A stretch of 64,000 bases of DNA, from NCBI GenBank assembly GCA_902777205.1, contig CACYSU010000003.1, positions 95,492-159,491 of the forward strand, written 5' to 3'. Position 1 is the stretch's first letter. The number at the start of each line of letters is the position of its first letter. Under the pieces are notes generated by a model, which saw only the letters and a list, made by a program, of their open reading frames with translations, had not been told where the DNA came from and searched no databases. Below are positions 38,153-45,608 of this stretch, one piece after another. Both the position numbers and the translations under genes were made by a program. This DNA is from an uncultured Rhodospirillales bacterium. Lineage in GTDB: Bacteria; Pseudomonadota; Alphaproteobacteria; CAAGCB01; CAG-977.

Positions 38153-38566
38153 TCAGTCCTCCCTGATAGCCTGACCGACGGGGCAAGGCGTGAAAAACAA
38201 ATCCAATTCCGCAAGCTCCAAAAGTTCGTCAACGGAGATGTATCCGGCCTCGAAACCGTATCCGAAACTCGCCCAACCGAACGCCTGAATTTGCTTTTCG
38301 GCGGTGTCTTTTTCGACGATATGGGCATCATAAGAACCGACAAAATAGTGCAGTTGAGCCAAAGCGTTTTTGCCTTGTCCGTCCGTTTCATAGACTTGCG
38401 GCATCGTTTTTATTCGCTCGGCAAGGTTCAGGATAATGTCCGCGAACGCTCCGGCTTCTTCCGAGTGATACAGATTGTCAATGAGGGTTTGAGCCTGCCG
38501 AACCGGAATAAACGGTTTAAGGGTCGTTTTCATTTCGTTTAAGGCTTGGTCGAATTTATCAGTCAT
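38153..38566 (-). CDS. DUF2958-like protein
   Basis: ETDGQG..A..HYF, AFGW..G..EAGYISVDEL..ELDLFF.P; start MTDKFD with GAAGGAG RBS. Confidence 0.75.
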   Translation of the reverse strand: MTDKFDQALNEMKTTLKPFIPVRQAQTLIDNLYHSEEAGAFADIILNLAERIKTMPQVYETDGQGKNALAQLHYFVGSYDAHIVEKDTAEKQIQAFGWASFGYGFEAGYISVDELLELAELDLFFTPCPVGQAIRED

Positions 38567-38774
38567 ATTGAAAGCTCCTTCTCTGTAAAAAGCACTTGTT
38601 AAAGGGTTTTTGGCGTCGCGCCTGAAACCCTTACGAGGTGCTTCGTCGGGGAGAAGAAAGCGGATTGTCATTCCAAGAAAAACGGAGGGGGATCACCAGG
38701 CTTGCAACGACACCGGAGCGAAAGTCGGGGACACCGTTTTTCTTCCGTTAGGCGGAGGGAATTGACAATCAAGA
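38549..38774. repeat. Structured leading-region repeat, copy 1
   Basis: Near-identical to 40337-40565; two long hairpins; includes RBS and first 6 codons of the downstream gene. Confidence 0.92.
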
Positions 38775-38814
38775 CAGAAAAAAACAAACGACTTGGTAGA
38801 AACGACCTCTGTAT

Positions 38815-39120
38815 AAAAACGACTGAGCCGTTTTGCCCCGACGCGGTCTGAAAGATAGGCGACGGTTTGCCGTCCCTTATATCTCTTATGGGGTCATTAT
38901 AAGCATAGAGTTTTTTTACAAAGAAAAAACGAACCCGTCACCTGACCGTGACGGGTTCTGAAAGATGGGTGCGTAATGTGCCCCCTTTATCTCTTATGCA
39001 TTTATTATAAGCATAGAGTTTTTCTTTTACAAGTCTTTTCTATCTGATATATTCCCTTTGCCGCACATACGGCTGAAAGGGGGTGAATAATGTGACCACC
39101 CTTTATCTCAAAATGGCGGC
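38815..39120 (-). ncRNA. Three tandem sRNA-like hairpin units (putative)
   Basis: Plus-strand CTGAAAG at 38848, 38958 and 39073, each flanked by hairpins. Minus-strand TATAAT in two units, with TTGTAA-17-TATAAT at 39004-39032. An 11-bp stem plus U-tract lies at 38921-38958. Confidence 0.5.
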
Positions 39121-39177
39121 GTATTTGTTGTTGATAATAGCATTACTGCTTGAAGTCATCAATAAATAACAAAGCCT

Positions 39178-39215
39178 GCCCGTGATGGTCTGACCGCTGT
39201 CACGGGCGTTTTTTT
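39178..39215 (+). terminator. Terminator-like hairpin
   Basis: GCCCGTGA...TCACGGGC followed by GTTTTTTT. Confidence 0.5.
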
Positions 39216-39290
39216 CTATCCGTTCGGGCGCAACTGTGTTGTGGAGTGGTTGGGCGAACGGATCGGGCGGCGGAAACCCCGCCCGAATTT

Positions 39291-39452
39291 TTAGAAATAA
39301 TAGGTCGTCTTTTCCAAATCATCGCGCTTGTATCCCTGCGCGATCAGTTCGTAAAATTTCGACAGTTGGGCGGCTTTGCTGTCAAAGTCAAAATGTTCTT
39401 TTTCGTAGCCGTCCGCGCCGTAAACCGTCAGTCTGAAAAAAGCAATCTTCAT
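39291..39452 (-). CDS. Small hypothetical protein downstream of ardC
   Basis: 53 aa MKIAFFRLTV...; GAGGAGG RBS; followed by a GC hairpin at ~39263-39286. Confidence 0.65.
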   Translation of the reverse strand: MKIAFFRLTVYGADGYEKEHFDFDSKAAQLSKFYELIAQGYKRDDLEKTTYYF

Positions 39453-39481
39453 TGTTCTTCCTCCTCTTTTGAGGGAAGCGG

Positions 39482-40354
39482 TCAAGCCGCTTCCCGTCCG
39501 ATTTCCTGGAATGTCAGCAGATAGTCAAAAGCCTTTTGCGCTTCGGAGCAGGCTTTGAAAAACGCCTTTTTGTCGTTCTTCAAAACCTTGAGCCAAGATT
39601 TCAGATACGCAAGATTGTTTTTGCTGAATTGGTAGTCATAGCCCAAATATCCGGCGACAAATCCCGCGCCGATGTCGGCGATCAGTTCCTCAAAGGCGTA
39701 GGATTCATTTCCGAAATGGCCTTTCATATCCCGGTTTAAGCGGTTCTTGTGTCCGGTCGCGTGGATCGTTTCGTGCGCCAAAGTCGAAACGAAGCCCGTT
39801 TCCGTTTTGAAGTCTTTTCTTTCCGGCATTAAGACAACATTGTTTTTCGGGTCGTAGCCTGCCAAAGTCGCGCCGTAAAAATAAGTGATGTCCGTGTTTT
39901 CAAAGAACGCCATCACGTCCTTTTCAACGCTAAATTCGGCTTTTTCTATGTCTTCGCCGAATCCCTCGACTTGCGAACCGTTAAACACGGAATAAGCGCG
40001 GGCGACAAAAGCCTGATTTTCGACTTCTTCGATGTCGCCGGTTTCGGTGTTTTCGATTTCGCATTTATAGGAAAGAGGTTTCCAGAAAACGATGGTCGTG
40101 GCCTTTGAGCCTTTCTTGACCTGATAGCCTTTATCCTGCCATTGGCGATAAGTGCCCCAAACGGACGAAGAAAAACCGTTGAACAAAGCGGCAAAGTTCA
40201 AAATCAGAATGTTGATTCCGCGATACGCCTTTTTTGTCGTGATGTTCCGGGCAAAAGAGGAAATGAACGGCTTTTCCCATTCGCCCGAAAAGTTTTCCAA
40301 GCGTTCGATGATGGTGTTTGAAACGGTTTCGATGATGTCGAATTTATCAGTCAT
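39482..40354 (-). CDS. ardC: ArdC antirestriction/ssDNA-binding protein (DUF1738 + zincin-like)
   Basis: WEKPF, YRGINIL, WGTYRQW..G.QVKKG.K, YSVFN..Q, LAHETIHATGH, YAFEELIA, YLKSWL. Confidence 0.92.
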   Translation of the reverse strand: MTDKFDIIETVSNTIIERLENFSGEWEKPFISSFARNITTKKAYRGINILILNFAALFNGFSSSVWGTYRQWQDKGYQVKKGSKATTIVFWKPLSYKCEIENTETGDIEEVENQAFVARAYSVFNGSQVEGFGEDIEKAEFSVEKDVMAFFENTDITYFYGATLAGYDPKNNVVLMPERKDFKTETGFVSTLAHETIHATGHKNRLNRDMKGHFGNESYAFEELIADIGAGFVAGYLGYDYQFSKNNLAYLKSWLKVLKNDKKAFFKACSEAQKAFDYLLTFQEIGREAA

Positions 40355-40565
40355 TTTGAAAGTTCCTTCTCTGTAAAAAGCACTTGTTAAAGGGTTTTTG
40401 GCATCGCGCCTGAAACCCTTTCGAGGTGCTTCGTCGGAGAGAAGAAAGCGATTGTCATATTCCAAGAAAAACGGAGGGGTATCTCCCTCGGCTTGCAACG
40501 ACACCGGAGCGAAAGTCGGGGAAACCGTTTTTCTTCCGTTAGGCGGAGGGAATTGACAATCAAGA
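40337..40565. repeat. Structured leading-region repeat, copy 2
   Basis: Near-identical to 38549-38774; sits in front of ardC. Confidence 0.92.
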
Positions 40566-40590
40566 GAAAATCAAGGCTTAAAATATAATC

Positions 40591-40605
40591 GTTCTCTGTT
40601 TGTTC
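40591..40605 (+). promoter_or_regulatory. Alphaproteobacterial LexA (SOS) box
   Basis: GTTC-tctgttt-GTTC just after TATAAT (40584-40589), upstream of a Y-family polymerase. Confidence 0.8.
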
Positions 40606-40651
40606 TTGTTTTTAATCAACGAATCTGATAGTTTCGGATTCGGAGGAAAAT

Positions 40652-41920
40652 ATGCCGGACAAGACTTATTTGTGCATCGACCTGAAATCGTTTTACGCGT
40701 CCGTGGAATGCGTTGAACGCGGTCTTGATCCGTTTAAGACGAACCTTGTCGTCGCCGATCCCGCGCGGGGACGCGGCGGAATCTGCCTTGCGATCACTCC
40801 GGCGATGAAAGATTTGGGAATACATAACCGTTGCCGCATTTTTGAAATACCGAAAAACGTCAAATACATCACGGCTCTGCCGCGAATGAAACGGTATATG
40901 GAAGTGTCCGCGGACATTTACGGCACTTATCTGAACTTCGTCGCCCCGGACGACATTCACCCGTATTCGATTGACGAAGTGTTCATCGACGCGACCAATT
41001 ATCTGCACATCTATCATAAAACGCCGAAAGAAATGGCTGTAATGCTGATGAACGCCGTTATGGAGCGAACCGGAATATGCGCGACGGCGGGAATTGGAAC
41101 GAACCTTTTTCTGGCGAAAGTCGCTTTGGATATAACGGCAAAGCACGTTCCCGACCATATCGGATATTTGGATATTCCGGCGTTTGAACGGACGCTGTGG
41201 CATCACCGTCCGATAACGGATATTTGGAACATCGGGAGAGGAATAGCCTTCCGGTTGGAAAAATACGGCATTTACGATCTTTACGGCGTCGCCCATTGCG
41301 ACGAACGGCTTTTGTATAAAGAGTTCGGCGTCAACGCGGAGTTCCTGATCGACCACGCGCATGGGCTGGAACCGTGCGAAATCAGGGATATTCACGCTTA
41401 TAAATCCAAGACGAACTCCATATCGAACAGTCAAATCCTCTTTTCCGACTATACGTTCGGCGACGCTTTGATTTGCCTGAAAGAAATGGTCGATATGCTT
41501 TCCCTCGAACTGATTGAAAAGCATATGGTCGCTTCCGGCATCTCTCTGGGGGTCGGATATTCCCGTGATGTCGCGCCGTCAACCGGCGGCTCGGAGCGAC
41601 TGTCCGAACAGACGTCCTCTTATGATAAGCTCGTCAAAGAGTTTGAAAGCATTTATCGCCGAACGACGCGCAGGACAGCCCCCATACGCAAGCTGTCGAT
41701 CGCTTTCACAAACATCGTTGACGAAGATCACGCGACTTTACAGCCGGATTTGTTCTCTCAAAGGGAAGAAGACGAAAAAGAGCGCAAAATGCAGGAGGCT
41801 GTTTTGGCTATCAAGCAAAAATTCGGGAAGAACGCTCTGCTTCGGGGAATGAGTTATACGGAAAAAGCGACGGCGCGGGTCAGAAACAAACTGATCGGAG
41901 GACACAATGGCGGCGAGTAA
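40652..41920 (+). CDS. Y-family (UmuC/ImpB/UvrX-like) error-prone DNA polymerase
   Basis: CIDLKSFYASVEC, YSIDEVFID, GIGTNLFLAKVALD, C-terminal KFGKNALL..RNKLIGGH. Confidence 0.92.
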   Translation: MPDKTYLCIDLKSFYASVECVERGLDPFKTNLVVADPARGRGGICLAITPAMKDLGIHNRCRIFEIPKNVKYITALPRMKRYMEVSADIYGTYLNFVAPDDIHPYSIDEVFIDATNYLHIYHKTPKEMAVMLMNAVMERTGICATAGIGTNLFLAKVALDITAKHVPDHIGYLDIPAFERTLWHHRPITDIWNIGRGIAFRLEKYGIYDLYGVAHCDERLLYKEFGVNAEFLIDHAHGLEPCEIRDIHAYKSKTNSISNSQILFSDYTFGDALICLKEMVDMLSLELIEKHMVASGISLGVGYSRDVAPSTGGSERLSEQTSSYDKLVKEFESIYRRTTRRTAPIRKLSIAFTNIVDEDHATLQPDLFSQREEDEKERKMQEAVLAIKQKFGKNALLRGMSYTEKATARVRNKLIGGHNGGE

Positions 41921-42251
41921 AGAAGAACGGGCGCGTCAATTCCTGCCGTTCAACGCTTTGACAGGGTATTACCGGATGATTTTGGATCGACAGCGCGTTT
42001 CCGAATCGAAAAAAGAACTGTCCAAAGACGAAACGGAAGCCTTGTCCGAAAAGATAAAGAGCCTCCGGCGGCACGACCTTGTTTCCGTAACGTATTACGA
42101 CCAGGACGCTTACATCACAAAGACGGGGTTGATTACGGATATTGACCTTACGTTCCAAACGCTGACGGTCGTGAAAACCAAGATAGCGTTTCAGGACATT
42201 TTTGACGTGGAAACACGAAAAGACTTTGCGAAAGGGCTTGAAACGGGATAA
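41907..42251 (+). CDS. YolD-like protein
   Basis: ERARQFLPFNALTGY, VTYY..AYITKTG.I..ID; overlaps the polymerase. Confidence 0.85.
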   Translation: MAASKEERARQFLPFNALTGYYRMILDRQRVSESKKELSKDETEALSEKIKSLRRHDLVSVTYYDQDAYITKTGLITDIDLTFQTLTVVKTKIAFQDIFDVETRKDFAKGLETG

Positions 42252-42287
42252 TCTGCGCTTCTGTTTATATTTTTAAGGAGTTGCATT

Positions 42288-42560
42288 ATGAACAAAGCAG
42301 AATTGGTGGCTGAAATCGCGAAGAACACGGGTTTGACGAAAGTTGATTCCGAACGGGCGACGGAAGCCTTGTTGAATACGGTTGCCGCGACCTTGAAGAA
42401 AGGCGATGAAGTTCGTTTGGTCGGCTTTGGCACGTTCAGCGTCGCCAAACGCGCTGCGACCGAAGGTCGCAATCCGCGCACCGGTGCCACGATCAAGATT
42501 CCGGCTTCCAAACAGCCGAAGTTCAAAGCCGGTAAAGGTTTGAAAGACGCTTTGAACTAA
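42288..42560 (+). CDS. hup: HU family DNA-binding protein
   Basis: MNKAELV, VRLVGFGTF, GRNPRTG..IKIPA..PKFKAGK.LK. Confidence 0.95.
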   Translation: MNKAELVAEIAKNTGLTKVDSERATEALLNTVAATLKKGDEVRLVGFGTFSVAKRAATEGRNPRTGATIKIPASKQPKFKAGKGLKDALN

Positions 42561-42580
42561 AACCGGTTTCAAAAACAGAC

Positions 42581-42613
42581 AAAGGCGTGTCCGTTCGGAC
42601 GCGCCTTTTCTTT
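42581..42613 (+). terminator. Intrinsic terminator after HU
   Basis: AAAGGCGTGTCC-gttc-GGACGCGCCTTT followed by T-rich tail. Confidence 0.8.
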
Positions 42614-42799
42614 ATACCAGAACAATATTTCCCATTTTTCCATATTTTTCCCAAAGAACGACTCTGAAAAAAGACGCAGAAATGTTGGATTGTCGGAACA
42701 AATTTTCCGATATTTCCGATTTTTCCCTTATTCCGAAGTCAGAAAAGATGCGTTTTGAGCTTAAATTTTTCTATTAGAACGACATAAATGTCATTTTTT

Positions 42800-42821
42800 T
42801 GTTAGACACTTGTTAGACACT
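42800..42821. repeat. Tandem 11-bp direct repeat, candidate integrase arm-type sites
   Basis: TGTTAGACACT x2, about 70 bp inside the tRNA 3' end. Confidence 0.6.
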
Positions 42822-42859
42822 TCGCTTTTCAGAGGAATATAGCGTTTCCTTTGGACAAC

Positions 42860-42887
42860 AAAAAACCCGCAGTATTCTGCGGGTTTT
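42860..42887 (-). terminator. Terminator downstream of tRNA-Arg
   Basis: AAAACCCGCAG-tatt-CTGCGGGTTTT hairpin. Confidence 0.8.
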
Positions 42888-42890
42888 GAT

Positions 42891-42967
42891 TGGCGCGCCC
42901 AGGAGAATTCGAATCCCCAGCCTTCTGATCCGTAGTCAGATGCTCTATCCAGTTGAGCTATGGGCGC
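42891..42967 (-). tRNA. tRNA-Arg (anticodon ACG)
   Basis: GCGCCCATAGCTCAACTGGATAGAGCATCTGACT-ACG-GATCAGAAGGCTGGGGATTCGAATTCTCCTGGGCGCG-CCA, 77 nt cloverleaf. Confidence 0.97.
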
Positions 42968-43172
42968 TTAAGCAAGTGTGTATATACCGCTTTGGAATTC
43001 GGGTTGCAAGCTTTTTTTTCAAAAAAATGCGACTTTTTTACATTTTTGATAAAAATTCTTGCAAAACAGCGATTTGTCGTTACATTCTAAAAATTGCCCT
43101 TTTTTTGCCACGGCAAAGGACGGGCGGGGAAATTGTGCAGTTTTCTTAAACTTTTTTAAGGTGTTCAAAACC

Positions 43173-44309
43173 ATGTCCATTCTGAAAAGCCTTTCCTTGG
43201 CGGCCGCCCTGCTGACGTTTACCGGCTGCTCGTCGTCCACCAACTCTTACAATGACGATTATTTCGCCGACGATTTCGCCATGCAGCCGGCGCAGACGGA
43301 GCAGAACAGGCCGGCTTCCGCCCCCGCCGCGGCAAAGGCCGAATCGCCGCGCGCCGCCGTGAACACCGCCGCGCCCGCCGCCTATACGCCCAAGGCGCAG
43401 ATCGTTTCCGAAGTCAGCAAAAAGGTTGCCGCGATCGACGCGAAGCTGGCGCAGATTCAGGAAAACATCGGCAAAAACACCGGCGTGTTTCAGGCTTTGA
43501 AACAGAAAAGCGCGGAGGAATCCCGCAACTATTATGAATTCGTCGCCCGCATTTACGCGCGTTTGCAAAACGGCACGACGCCGGGGAACCCCGAATTGAC
43601 GGAAATGTGGAAACAGGCGTCCGCCCTGCTGACCGGATCGGACAAGAACATGGCCGAAACGGCGAAGCTGTCCAGCGAAACGCTGCGTTTGAAAAATGAA
43701 TTGGACGCCCTGCTGGACACGATTTCGGAAACGTTCCAGATTTCGGGCGCGATGGAAATCGACCATGAAAACCTCAAAGCGTTGGAAGACCGCGCCAACC
43801 AGACCACCGTTTCCTTGAACCGCCTGAGTTCCGACATCGCCGCGCAGATCGCCCGCCAGCAGCAGTATTTCAGCACGGAATCGCAGAACATCAACCAGCT
43901 GGGCACCGACATTCAAAACGGCGGTATGTCCGCCGGCCGCGCGCAGCCGTCCGTCAGCGTTCCCGCTTTGCCCGCGACGCTGATGTCGCCCGCGGCGCAG
44001 CTGCCCGAAGCCAATCTGGCCGGCCGCCGTCCGTTGATGGTGATCCGGTTCAACAAAAAGAACGTCGCCTATGAACAGGCGCTGTACAAAGCGGTCAAGG
44101 CGGCGTTGGACAAGCGTCCCAACACCGTTTTCGAGGTTGTCGCGGTCAGTCCGGCCAACGCCAAATCCGGCGAATTCGAGGCGGCGAAAAACGCCGACGC
44201 CGTGCGTAATTCCCTGACGGCCATGGGATTGCCCGACAGCCGGATCTATTCCTCTAAAACGAAAAGCGCCTCCATTCAAACGACGGAAGTGCATTTGTAT
44301 TTGAAATAA
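43173..44309 (+). CDS. Lipoprotein with coiled coil and possible OmpA-like C-terminus
   Basis: Lipobox LTFTGC; long helical region; C-terminal alpha/beta domain ending TEVHLYLK. Confidence 0.75.
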   Translation: MSILKSLSLAAALLTFTGCSSSTNSYNDDYFADDFAMQPAQTEQNRPASAPAAAKAESPRAAVNTAAPAAYTPKAQIVSEVSKKVAAIDAKLAQIQENIGKNTGVFQALKQKSAEESRNYYEFVARIYARLQNGTTPGNPELTEMWKQASALLTGSDKNMAETAKLSSETLRLKNELDALLDTISETFQISGAMEIDHENLKALEDRANQTTVSLNRLSSDIAAQIARQQQYFSTESQNINQLGTDIQNGGMSAGRAQPSVSVPALPATLMSPAAQLPEANLAGRRPLMVIRFNKKNVAYEQALYKAVKAALDKRPNTVFEVVAVSPANAKSGEFEAAKNADAVRNSLTAMGLPDSRIYSSKTKSASIQTTEVHLYLK

Positions 44310-44348
44310 GACGGGCTTTTTCCCGTTTCGGACGCGAAAGGATTCTTT

Positions 44349-45608
44349 GTGGCGGCACCGGCGGAACAACAACTGATCGACTCGCTGAAACGCATTGAAC
44401 CTGTCAAAGCGGTTTCAACGGCTTTGCTGATCAGGATATCCGCCCTGAACCCCGCGAATCGCACGCAAAACCACGTTCATATGACGCAAACCGCGTTGAA
44501 CGAACTGATCATCCGGTCGCAATCGTCCATGCACGTCATGGCCAACAACGACATCGTCATCGTCGGGCAGGGCGTCCCGCCCCGATATTTGACGGAAACC
44601 GTCGATTCCGTGCGCCGGATATTCCAATCCGACCCGTTCGCCGCCGCGCGTCCGAACGATTTCATCCGGATATTCCCGCTGAACCGCGATTTCGACGCGG
44701 TTATGGATTACGCGAAAAAAAGCTTGAACGCGCTGGAAAACCAGCATGAGGACAAGCGCGAAATTCCGTTGGCGCCCGAACATCTGGACGCTATTCTGCG
44801 CAACATCCAAGGGTTCAACATCCTGAAAATCATCCGCCGGCAGGAGGCTATCCGGATATCGAACGACGGCTTTACGTCGCTGTTTTTGGAATACTTCACG
44901 TCCATGGCCGATTTGAAAAAGGCGATCGCGCCGGATGTCGATGTGCTGTCCAACCGCTGGCTGTTCCAGCATTTAAGCGAAACGCTGGACAAGCGGATGC
45001 TGGGCATATCGCGGCAGCTGATCGCCCACACGCCGAAAGATTTGTCCCTGAACCTGAACATTTCGACCATTTTCACCCCCGCGTTTGAACAGTTCCTGTC
45101 GGAAATGCCCGAGGACGCTTCCGTCGTCGTCGAAGTCCAGCTGATGGACATCATCCAGAACACGCAAAACTACACGGTCGCCCGCGATTTGCTGCACGAG
45201 GCCGGACACCGTATCCTGATCGACGGTCTGCATCCGATTTCCTTTGAGTTTATGGATATGAACACGCTGCGGCCGGATCTGATGAAAATGAACTGGTCGC
45301 CCGCGTTGGCCAAAGGCGAACAGACCGAACGCCTGCAAGAGGTCGATCCCGAAAAAATCATTTTGATGCGCTGCGAGGACGAGGACGCCCTGCGTTGGGG
45401 GCTGACGCACGGCATCCACAATTATCAGGGGTATTTCATCGACGCTTTGACCGCGGCGAAGATTCGCAAAGGCTGCCCGAATCGCAAAGTTTGCCCCGCG
45501 TCGCGTTGCCGCACGGCGAAATCGGTCATCACCGGCGCGATGCGGGCGGAATGTCTGGCGCCGCAGCGGCTGGATCTGCCCGTCGAACACAGGGAGGCGC
45601 GCGCATGA
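44349..45608 (+). CDS. Degenerate EAL-like domain protein
   Basis: LSLNLNIST, VVEVQ, ILIDG, DLMKMNW, YQGYF; lacks EAL/DDFG. Confidence 0.7.
   Translation: MAAPAEQQLIDSLKRIEPVKAVSTALLIRISALNPANRTQNHVHMTQTALNELIIRSQSSMHVMANNDIVIVGQGVPPRYLTETVDSVRRIFQSDPFAAARPNDFIRIFPLNRDFDAVMDYAKKSLNALENQHEDKREIPLAPEHLDAILRNIQGFNILKIIRRQEAIRISNDGFTSLFLEYFTSMADLKKAIAPDVDVLSNRWLFQHLSETLDKRMLGISRQLIAHTPKDLSLNLNISTIFTPAFEQFLSEMPEDASVVVEVQLMDIIQNTQNYTVARDLLHEAGHRILIDGLHPISFEFMDMNTLRPDLMKMNWSPALAKGEQTERLQEVDPEKIILMRCEDEDALRWGLTHGIHNYQGYFIDALTAAKIRKGCPNRKVCPASRCRTAKSVITGAMRAECLAPQRLDLPVEHREARA

Larger units (their letters stand above)
1..42890. mobile_element. Integrative conjugative element (right part), integrated at the 3' end of tRNA-Arg
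   Basis: T4SS (virB6/8/9/10/11, virD4), relaxase+mobC+oriT, ardC, TA module and accessory cargo end at a tRNA 3' end, with housekeeping genes beyond. Integrase and left att site are not in the window. Confidence 0.85.

Noticed and set aside
38567-38671. N-terminal extensions of ORFs 38153-38671 and 39482-40504 shown in the ORF track
   Set aside because: They are translations of the non-coding repeat; strong RBSs precede the MTDKFD starts.
38790-38806. Cas12a repeat mimic (minus strand TTTCTACCAAGT)
   Set aside because: Lacks the GTAGAT arm needed for the stem; likely chance.
38815-39120. CRISPR array or hammerhead ribozymes
   Set aside because: Units are not identical repeats with unique spacers and no cas genes are present. 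CTGAAAGA does not fit the CUGANGA...GAAA core. Hairpin+TGAAAG resembles CRISPR repeat ends only on the strand opposite the promoters.
42886-43149. 87-aa ORF
   Set aside because: It is an antisense reading of tRNA-Arg.
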